Shown one piece after another: positions 56,862 through 64,000 of a DNA stretch of 64,000 nucleotides. Origin of the DNA: Acidobacteriota bacterium (GTDB lineage: Bacteria; Acidobacteriota; UBA6911; RPQK01; JADFOI01); the NCBI GenBank assembly GCA_963663035.1, contig OY760074.1, positions 1,728,001-1,792,000 on the forward strand. The letters run 5' to 3'. The notes below the pieces were generated by a model. The model was not told the DNA's origin. It saw nothing but the letters and a program-made list of their open reading frames with translations, and did no database searches. The translations under genes and the position numbers were made by a program. How positions within the stretch are numbered: position 1 is the stretch's first letter; each line of letters begins with the position of its first letter.

Positions 56862-57591
56862 AAATCGAAAAGTGTAAGATTCCCAGCTTCTGAAGCCTGA
56901 ACTGAAGCGCCGTCATTAAAACCCCCAACCCATATCTCACGGACCGGGAGAAGTTGATTGTGGAAGCTTCCGGAAAGTAATGGGCTGAACAGCTGATCTC
57001 ACCAATCCGAAAACCAAAGAAGAGAGCCTGAACGATCATCTGATTGTCGAAGAGGAAATCGTCTGAGTTCTCCTCCAGTGGGAGGGTCTCCAAAAGTTCA
57101 CGCGAGAAAGCCCGGTAGCCAGTATGATATTCAGAAAGCTTGGCCAGAGTCAGAAGATTTTCTACCGCAGTCAGAAAGCGATTGGAAAGGTACTTGTACA
57201 TCGGCATTCCTCCTTTCAAGGCTTGACCACCCAAAATTCTGGAAGCCAGAACCATGTCATATTCACCACTCACCACCATGGAGGCCATGGCGGGGATCAG
57301 TTTAGGCGGATACTGATAGTCAGGATGAAGCATGATGAAAACATCGGCCTTCAGCTTGAGAGCCTCCCCATAACAGGTCTTTTGATTTCCCCCGTATCCA
57401 CGATGGGTGGGGTGGACGAAGGTCTTTACTTCGAGCCGCCTGGCGATGGAAACGGTCTCATCCTGACTCGAGTCGTCTACCAGGAGTATCTCATCAACCA
57501 GGTCCAGGGGGACCTCGCGATAGGTGCGTTCCAGAGTGGCAGCGGCGTTGTAAGCAGGTAAAACCACCGCGATTCTTTGACCTTGCAACAT
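56836..57591 (-). CDS. Glycosyltransferase family 2 (DPM1-like polyprenyl-phosphate sugar synthase)
   Basis: VVLPAYN, VDDSSQD, GYGGNQK, HPDYQY, EYHTGYRAF. Confidence 0.9.
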   Translation of the reverse strand: MLQGQRIAVVLPAYNAAATLERTYREVPLDLVDEILLVDDSSQDETVSIARRLEVKTFVHPTHRGYGGNQKTCYGEALKLKADVFIMLHPDYQYPPKLIPAMASMVVSGEYDMVLASRILGGQALKGGMPMYKYLSNRFLTAVENLLTLAKLSEYHTGYRAFSRELLETLPLEENSDDFLFDNQMIVQALFFGFRIGEISCSAHYFPEASTINFSRSVRYGLGVLMTALQFRLQKLGILHFSIFNPRGRKL

Positions 57592-58658
57592 CAGTGAGGA
57601 ATCCGAAAAGAGCCTACCAGAGCCAGTTCTGCCCAAAGCATCTCGAGGAAGAGAAAGAGCGCGGCCTTGAGAGCAAATCCCACTCCTCGCCGCCCTCTCA
57701 AGTAAAGCAGAAAAGGCAAGTTGCACAGATAGAAGATGACCAGCAGTGAACAGGCGATCTTGCCAAAGATGGGACCCACGAAGGTGAGAAGGGCAAAAAT
57801 CAGCACTGGGCCAGGCAAAGCTACTGACAAAAGCCTGCGGAAACGATGGGCCCGAAGGGCAAAGCGCTTCTGCTCTCCCTCCAACTTCATGGCGCGAAGA
57901 TCGCCAACGCGCCGCCAGTCTTCCCTCAGGATCGTCCTGAGCTGGTACCGCTTCAGGTGGACACCTTCAATTTTCCGATCGATCACGAATCGGAAGCCCT
58001 GGGAACCCAGCAGAATGCCCAGCCGAAAGTCTTCCGCCCATTTGAACTGGGGGTCAAAACCGCCAATTCCCTCCAGAATCTCCTTCTTCACACAGAAGAT
58101 GGGGGTGTGCAAATATGGGCTCAGGGTGTTGGTACTCTTATAAAGAAAGCAGATGGAAAGATTTCTGAAGTTGGTGAGAAAGTCATCCCATGGAATCGCT
58201 TCAGCATAGGACCCCAAAACACCTGCAATGTCGGATCGATGAGAGTAAAGATCAAGACTCTCCCGTATCCGCTGGAGGCTTTGCCTGGGCAGAACGACGT
58301 CCGAATCCAAGAAAAGAACATAAGGATTCTTTGCTCGCTTCAATCCCTCATTGCGGGCGGCGGCGGGGCCCGATCTCTGTTTCAAAGGCAGGTACTGAAG
58401 ACTAACATCCCCTTCTTTTCGACCCTGGGCAATAGCTCCAGCCACCTTTGCAGTGGAATCGGTGGAGGCATCGTCCACGATCAGGATCTCCACGTTTGTC
58501 ATGTCGTTTTTCAACAGCGCTTCCAGAGAAAGCTTTAACTCCTGGGCCGTGTTGTGCGATGGAATCACGACCGAAAGGGGAAAGGATTCCGCAAGAGTAC
58601 GCCTTGACTTTGATGGGCGTGCCCTCACCTCTCGACTGGTCCCTCCAAACGATTGCAT
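57591..58658 (-). CDS. Glycosyltransferase family 2 with C-terminal TM helices
   Basis: SVVIPSHN, VDDASTD, GPAAARNEG, FLDSD, GGFD, AEDF. Confidence 0.9.
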   Translation of the reverse strand: MQSFGGTSREVRARPSKSRRTLAESFPLSVVIPSHNTAQELKLSLEALLKNDMTNVEILIVDDASTDSTAKVAGAIAQGRKEGDVSLQYLPLKQRSGPAAARNEGLKRAKNPYVLFLDSDVVLPRQSLQRIRESLDLYSHRSDIAGVLGSYAEAIPWDDFLTNFRNLSICFLYKSTNTLSPYLHTPIFCVKKEILEGIGGFDPQFKWAEDFRLGILLGSQGFRFVIDRKIEGVHLKRYQLRTILREDWRRVGDLRAMKLEGEQKRFALRAHRFRRLLSVALPGPVLIFALLTFVGPIFGKIACSLLVIFYLCNLPFLLYLRGRRGVGFALKAALFLFLEMLWAELALVGSFRIPH

Positions 58659-58666
58659 GTGTGATG

Positions 58667-60298
58667 TTATGGTACTTCTGGAAGACGATAGATAAAAATC
58701 GTGTAGCCAACCCTGTCTATGGCCTCATACTGGTTTAACCAATCGAAACAACCCCAGAACTGCAAAGCGGTGGCACTGACGCCTATTAATCCTTCCTCGG
58801 GTTGAGGGGCCCCACAGAGCAGAGGCTCGAAATCGATGCCATAGTGCTGGGGGTCGGCTGTCCCAAAATATGCGAGCTGGATTCGATCCAGTTCGTTTCG
58901 CTGCAAGTAGTTTTTCAGGCCCTTGAGTTCTTGTCCCCAGTCGAAATCCGCCTCGTACAAATACTTATACCCATGGGAGGGACCGCCTACCAACTCGTTG
59001 AAATAGGCAAGGTAATGCGGTGCGACCCACAGCGAGCCGGCCATCTGCCAAAACAGCAGACCCAAGAGCACCCACTTGAGTCGAGGCATGACTCGTTCCG
59101 GAGTCCAAGGAACGAGGCGAGCTACCCACACACACAGCAGCGGATAGATGGGAAGCAAGTAACGGATCCCACGACTGACCTGGAACACGCTGAAGTAAAG
59201 GGGAAAGAGCAGGATGGGAATCAGCAGCAGCAACTGGAGCTGGTCCTGTCCTCGCTTCAGGCTGAGCACGACTCCAGCTCCCAACAAGATGAGCAGTGGA
59301 AGCGGCGTCTTTACCAGGAATGCCACAAGATAGTAATGAAGCCAGCCTTCTTGAGACGTCTCTCCCAACAGGTAGTAGTTAAACCCTCTCTCTACCAGCG
59401 TATACTGCAGATCCAGGCCCATGACGTAGGCTTCCGGAAGCGGTGAAGGAATCCATCTGAAGGCTCCAGCGCTTTGGAGCCCTTGAAAAAGTTCACTTTG
59501 AAAGGCTTCTTCCTGAAGCAGTCTGAAACTCCCTGAGAAGAAATATCCCAGGTTGATCACCAGAATGGCAATGAGCAGAATCACTGCCACATGAGGGAGT
59601 GAAAGTCGACCTTTCTGCCCATGATTCTGATCGTCTCGGTGAAACGATTGGACGAGAACAAAGATGGGTAGAGACAGAACCACCAGAATGGCACTGTACT
59701 TGGAGAGCAGACTCAGCCCAAGTGCCAGGCCCGCTCCCAGCAGCAGGGTCGCTTTCTGAGTGACCAGGAATCTCCACACACAGTAGAAAGTCAACACGGC
59801 AAAGAAGGTCAGGCAGAAGTCCGGCGTGATCAAAGAGGCATTGCTCAAGATAGCCGGGCTGAAAACATACAGGAAGAGAGCAAGCAAAGCAGCTGAGAAG
59901 CCATAGGTCTGAACAACCCAATAATAAATCAACATTCCCAGCACAGCACCCATCAAAAGCATTGGAGTCCGAGCCAGCATCAGAAGCCGATCATCGGAGC
60001 GGGAAGCCAAAATCGTTCGACCGCGCTCGTTCCTATCGGGAATGAGAAAGACATTTTCGTCGATGTCAGTGAGGAAAAGAGGCAGGCTGTGCAGGTAATA
60101 GGAAAGAGGTGGGTGCAGCAAGGCATCATCCAGCACATCCCACTGACGGTTCTTCATCAGATAGATTCCCATCCCCAAATAGTGGGTTTCATCAGAGGTG
60201 GAAGACATATGCCAGAGAGCAGCACCACCTTGAAAGAGAAAGGCTCCCAAAAGAAGAATGACGACATGCCTTGCCCGCTTCCCTTCAGACCCAATCAT
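58667..60298 (-). CDS. GT-C (ArnT/PMT-like) membrane glycosyltransferase
   Basis: TSDE..Y, HPPL, TPD, SKYSA, LVKTP, RYLLP, YLAYFNE, DWGQ. Probable ATG at 60298. Confidence 0.87.
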   Translation of the reverse strand: MIGSEGKRARHVVILLLGAFLFQGGAALWHMSSTSDETHYLGMGIYLMKNRQWDVLDDALLHPPLSYYLHSLPLFLTDIDENVFLIPDRNERGRTILASRSDDRLLMLARTPMLLMGAVLGMLIYYWVVQTYGFSAALLALFLYVFSPAILSNASLITPDFCLTFFAVLTFYCVWRFLVTQKATLLLGAGLALGLSLLSKYSAILVVLSLPIFVLVQSFHRDDQNHGQKGRLSLPHVAVILLIAILVINLGYFFSGSFRLLQEEAFQSELFQGLQSAGAFRWIPSPLPEAYVMGLDLQYTLVERGFNYYLLGETSQEGWLHYYLVAFLVKTPLPLLILLGAGVVLSLKRGQDQLQLLLLIPILLFPLYFSVFQVSRGIRYLLPIYPLLCVWVARLVPWTPERVMPRLKWVLLGLLFWQMAGSLWVAPHYLAYFNELVGGPSHGYKYLYEADFDWGQELKGLKNYLQRNELDRIQLAYFGTADPQHYGIDFEPLLCGAPQPEEGLIGVSATALQFWGCFDWLNQYEAIDRVGYTIFIYRLPEVP

Positions 60299-60305
60299 AT
60301 GTCCG

Positions 60306-61880
60306 CTACTCAGATTGAGGTCTGCCGGGATGGCGCCACAGCACGGCTTGAGTTTGGTCGGGTAGATCCCAGCTCTCGACGCGGGGCCAACCTTGTTCCT
60401 CCAGCTCGCTGTACACCACATCATTGAAACCGGTGATATAGGAAAGTCCCTGAAAGCCGGTCTTTCCCACCACGAAATCCAGTGAGCCAAGGGTATCGAC
60501 TGAATCAGGAGTCTCGCCTAGCCGTATCACCTCCAGTGAACGGCCCTCTCTGAAGGCAAAGAGCTTCAAGGCCAGGGGATGAAAATGGGCCTGGTCCGGC
60601 ACAAAGCCGATCACACGGGCATCCCTGGTTGCCTCGGCGAGTTCCTGATGCCGCCAGTTCTCACGACGAGGGGGTCCGGCGACATCGAAAAGGTAGGACT
60701 GGTACAGCACCCACTCCTGCTGCACTGTCTGATAATCGCTATCGTGGGTTTCAAAGAATGCGATCTTGACCCGATCGAAGGGCAGCTCAAAGGAGACACT
60801 AAGGAATTGGACAAAGGCCAGGAGCACAATCCCCACAGCCCACTTCCTCGAGTCCTTCCAGGGATAGATGAGAAGCACCGCCAGGGGAGGAACCAGAGGG
60901 ATCGCGAAGCGCGGATCCTTGGGTGTCACGAAGATGAGCAGTACCAGACCCCCTAAAAGCCACCACCAGAGAAAACCCAGTCGTCCATGAACTTCCCGGA
61001 CTCTTTTCACTGAGAAGATTGCGCTCCACCCGAAGAGAATTGTGAGCGGCAGAAAGAGATAGTAGCTGGCCAGGACTCGGGGATAATAGATCCAGCCCAG
61101 TATACTGGCCAATCCCGGTTCCCCGTGACGCGGGTCCGCCTGCCATGGGATCAGCGTGCTTTGCAGGGTGGTTGGATAGCGGTTGAAAAGACCGTTCAAA
61201 TTGGGAAGGTACCAGACGAAGACAATGGGAAGGGCCAGAATCGAAGCATCGGCCAGATTCAACAGAGATCTCTTCCGATCCTCCGAATGGATGAGAGCAT
61301 AGAGTAGAGGAAAAAGTAAATACACCGGAAAGGTCCACTTGGTGAGGGTTCCCGCCGCACAAGCCAGGCCGAATCCCAAACTCCAGGCCTTGCGCTGCAA
61401 CAGATTACTTTTGAGCAAACAGTAGCCAGCCGCTGCAGCCCATCCCGCCAGAGTTGGATCCAGGAGCGAGGTGCGGCTGATCCAGGCCACAAAGGGGAAA
61501 AGCAGCGTCAGCAGTCCGGTCCACACCGCCATCCCCCGTTCCAGATAAAAAGTGGCAATGCCGAAGGTACAGTAGGAGAGGAGAAGCAAGCCCACAAGAT
61601 TGGAAAGCAGTGGAAGAAACTGGGTTTGAGGAAAGAAACGCAAAAGGATGGCTTCCTGAAGATAGTACAGGGGGGGATAATGGGTTGTGATTTGCGAAAA
61701 GTGTGCCAGGAATTGTCCTTGCTGCAAGGCCTGCCGGTATTCCCACCCTTTGAGTTCGTGGTAGGCCATATCCCACACCGGCGGTGTTTCATTCCTGATT
61801 TCCCAGACCGGGTGCAGAGAGAAAATCAGAGCGAACAAAAGCAGAAACCAAATTCTCGGTGTGATTCTTCGTCCCTCGAT
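60306..61880 (-). CDS. GT-C (ArnT/PMT-like) membrane glycosyltransferase
   Basis: PPVWD, YPPLYY, LLD, LTKW, KDPRF. Start uncertain (TTG 61838 or ATC 61880). Confidence 0.82.
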   Translation of the reverse strand: MEGRRITPRIWFLLLFALIFSLHPVWEIRNETPPVWDMAYHELKGWEYRQALQQGQFLAHFSQITTHYPPLYYLQEAILLRFFPQTQFLPLLSNLVGLLLLSYCTFGIATFYLERGMAVWTGLLTLLFPFVAWISRTSLLDPTLAGWAAAAGYCLLKSNLLQRKAWSLGFGLACAAGTLTKWTFPVYLLFPLLYALIHSEDRKRSLLNLADASILALPIVFVWYLPNLNGLFNRYPTTLQSTLIPWQADPRHGEPGLASILGWIYYPRVLASYYLFLPLTILFGWSAIFSVKRVREVHGRLGFLWWWLLGGLVLLIFVTPKDPRFAIPLVPPLAVLLIYPWKDSRKWAVGIVLLAFVQFLSVSFELPFDRVKIAFFETHDSDYQTVQQEWVLYQSYLFDVAGPPRRENWRHQELAEATRDARVIGFVPDQAHFHPLALKLFAFREGRSLEVIRLGETPDSVDTLGSLDFVVGKTGFQGLSYITGFNDVVYSELEEQGWPRVESWDLPDQTQAVLWRHPGRPQSE

Positions 61881-63331
61881 TAAGCCAGCTTTTCACGAAG
61901 ATACATGGGAGTAAAGGAGTAGGTTTCGTTTCTGCGGGCAAACATTCTGAGCTTTTGCAGGCTTCGCCACAGGACTTCCCGATTTCTGATCCCCTCCTTC
62001 CCAACATCCCAGATGATCCCGGGGCGGCCATAAAATCTTGAATAGGCGTGCTTCTGCAGCTCCAGCAAGCGTCTGCCGGAAACGTGCCTTCGTGGGAAGG
62101 CAACCTGATCACAGGTCAGGGTATCCCAGTTGATTTGCCCAAGTTTGAGCAGCCCTTCTTGCAGCAGTTCCTGGAAAATAGCGGTTCCAGGAATCGGAAT
62201 CACCAAGTTGAAATTGGCGCGCTGGAGCGGCAGTTCCACTGCCAGCCCAATGGTGTCCATGATCTCTTCTTCAGTTTCGTCCAGAAAACCAATCATGAAG
62301 TAGCCGACCATACGAATATCAGTGCATCCAGCCACCTGGGCCGCTTTCTCTCGAATCGTCTCCACGGTCACTCGCTTGTTGATAAGTCGCTGGATCCTTT
62401 CGTTTCCAGACTCAATCCCAACCGCCATGGCCTCACAACCCGCAGCCTCCATGATCTTCAAGAGCTCAGGATCAAGAGAATCGAGACGAACACCTGCCGG
62501 TATATCCCACTTGAGTTCCAAATTAGAGTCGATGAGTGCCTGGCACAGACGGGTGGCGTATTTTCGAGCCAGGGTGAACTCATCATCAATAATGCTGAAT
62601 CGTCCCACTCCGTATCGGTTCTTCAAGAAGCTCAGTTCCTGGATGACATGCTCGACGCTTCTGTGGCGCAACTTTTTACCCGACAACCCGGGGGTATTAC
62701 AGTAGGTACAGGGATAGGGGCATCCGCGAGTGGTCGATATCGGATAGTATTCATCCCAGATAAAGCCAGGATAGGTCTCCGGTCTGAGAAGATGCCAGGC
62801 TGGAATCCCGTAGCTGTCCAAATGGGCTGTGAAGGCGGGAGGGTTCACCACCGTTTGCCCTGTTTGCTGGCTTCGCCACACCAATCCCGGGATCTTCTCC
62901 AACCGACCTTCCGGCATCTTCCGACCATACTCCGCAAAACAGGACAAAAGCTCGGGAAGACCCTCTTCCGCTTCGGCCTTCCAGGCCAGATCCAGATTCG
63001 GCATGCTGGAGAGAACAAACTCCGGCAGAGCTGAAGGATGAGGTCCGCCCATCAAGGTCAAGGCATTGGGGCTGACCTGCCGGACAATATTCAGGTGATG
63101 ATTCACGTAGTTGTGATCTCGACTGTAGCAGCGAAAACCAACGACATCAAAATGGTGTTCCTGGAGAAAAGTTCTGAAATCGTCAAAAGAAAAACTGTCC
63201 TTTGGACAGTCCAGCAAGGTAACATCGAATCCCTTGTGAAGGAGAGCCGTTCCCAGGTAGAGGATGCCCAAATCGGGAGCAATTTGAGTATTCACACCCT
63301 CTCGAATGGGCAAAACCAGCAAAACTTTCAA
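61880..63331 (-). CDS. B12-binding domain radical SAM protein
   Basis: PDLGILYL, GGPHPS, TRGCPYPCTYC, DDEF, GIESG, YFMIGF, PIPGT. Confidence 0.92.
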   Translation of the reverse strand: MKVLLVLPIREGVNTQIAPDLGILYLGTALLHKGFDVTLLDCPKDSFSFDDFRTFLQEHHFDVVGFRCYSRDHNYVNHHLNIVRQVSPNALTLMGGPHPSALPEFVLSSMPNLDLAWKAEAEEGLPELLSCFAEYGRKMPEGRLEKIPGLVWRSQQTGQTVVNPPAFTAHLDSYGIPAWHLLRPETYPGFIWDEYYPISTTRGCPYPCTYCNTPGLSGKKLRHRSVEHVIQELSFLKNRYGVGRFSIIDDEFTLARKYATRLCQALIDSNLELKWDIPAGVRLDSLDPELLKIMEAAGCEAMAVGIESGNERIQRLINKRVTVETIREKAAQVAGCTDIRMVGYFMIGFLDETEEEIMDTIGLAVELPLQRANFNLVIPIPGTAIFQELLQEGLLKLGQINWDTLTCDQVAFPRRHVSGRRLLELQKHAYSRFYGRPGIIWDVGKEGIRNREVLWRSLQKLRMFARRNETYSFTPMYLREKLA

Positions 63332-63384
63332 ACCTGTACTCCTCAGTGCCGATCATATGTAAACATACGAGTCTGCTGCAAACT

Positions 63385-64000
63385 GTGAGTCTCACCAAGG
63401 TAAAATTGTCACCTAAGGTTGTTCTGGTTCTCTTTGTCGCGCTGACCTACCTCCCATTCATCAATCAGGCCTTCCACATCGATGATCCCTTCTATCTGGA
63501 AGTCGCTGAAAATACGCTCAAAAAACCTTTCTTCCCCTACGACTTTCCCGCGCAACAGCAGGGTCTTACAGCTCCCGACGCAGCCAGTCACAGTCACTTA
63601 CCTCTGACCTCCTATTACCTGGCTTTGATCAAGGCCATCAGCGGCAGTGATCAGGAATGGATTTATCATCTCGCTTTTCTCATTTTCCCTCTACTGGCCG
63701 CTCTGGAGTTCTTCGACCTGGCAGGAGCCTTTGTCCAGTCTCGCTTAGCGGTCACCCTCCTGCTGGTCGGCTCTCCGGCTTTTCTGGTGCTCAGTCACAC
63801 CTTAATGACGGATGTCCCGCTCCTGGCTTTCTGGATCCTCACCCTTTCCCGGTTTCTGAAGATCATGGAGGGAAAGGGCATGCGTCGCGACTGGATTGCC
63901 CTCACCCTGGGCCTGTTAGCAGCGAGCTTCATCTCTTTGCTGAGCCTGGGTCTGATTCTCCTGATGGGTGCCTCCATACTCATTCGGCGTTTCTCACCTG
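63385..64000 (+). CDS. GT-C-like membrane protein, partial (runs off the window end)
   Basis: Read by hand from GTG 63385: ...YLPFINQAFHIDDPFYL...HLPLTSYYL...LMTDVPLL, hydrophobic, no stop seen before the window end. Confidence 0.75.
   Translation, partial: MSLTKVKLSPKVVLVLFVALTYLPFINQAFHIDDPFYLEVAENTLKKPFFPYDFPAQQQGLTAPDAASHSHLPLTSYYLALIKAISGSDQEWIYHLAFLIFPLLAALEFFDLAGAFVQSRLAVTLLLVGSPAFLVLSHTLMTDVPLLAFWILTLSRFLKIMEGKGMRRDWIALTLGLLAASFISLLSLGLILLMGASILIRRFSP

Noticed and set aside
62048-63034. 328-aa plus-strand ORF, and similar long antisense ORFs within glnA, gltB, nuo and GT genes
   Set aside because: These are antisense shadows of well-supported genes and carry no recognisable motifs.
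1-64000. tRNA, rRNA, riboswitch, prophage or defence system
   Set aside because: No cloverleaf, rRNA, riboswitch, phage or defence signature was recognised by eye; tRNAscan-SE and Infernal would be needed to exclude small RNAs.

Overview
A bacterial chromosome segment, probably Acidobacteriota (inferred from the fused LptF-LptG gene and relics of Ser/Thr kinase genes). Housekeeping content: SSS transporter-carbamoyltransferase-HAD operon, D-aminoacylase, proC, glnA-gltB-gltD, lipA, lipB, galE, nuoABCDEFGHI without nuoJ-N, lptFG fusion and an acyl-CoA desaturase. The centre (about 22.5-37.3 kb) is a decaying PEP-CTERM/exosortase/EPS island. It holds an intact PEP-CTERM gene, an IS3-family element, a Gfo/Idh/MocA-adhesin chimera, a priming sugar transferase with a GGDEF-like N-terminus, an exosortase with one in-frame TGA, a truncated ugd, a UpxY/NusG paralog and a sigma54 response regulator split by IS256. 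The right end is a radical SAM / GT2 / GT-C glycosylation cluster. The strongest unexplained signals are: (1) two paralogous 79-aa orphan genes 28 kb apart, each behind a conserved sigma54 -24/-12 motif and a TGTCAACA-type palindrome at about -165, apparently nearly leaderless; (2) a conserved non-coding element in three copies in front of successive EPS-island genes; (3) a 4-TM protein plus acidic triple-HhH lipoprotein pair embedded in kinase gene relics; (4) MITE, REP and heptamer repeat families; (5) candidate non-canonical start codons. No rRNA, tRNA or CRISPR array was recognised. All calls come from reading the sequence by eye; no database searches were run.
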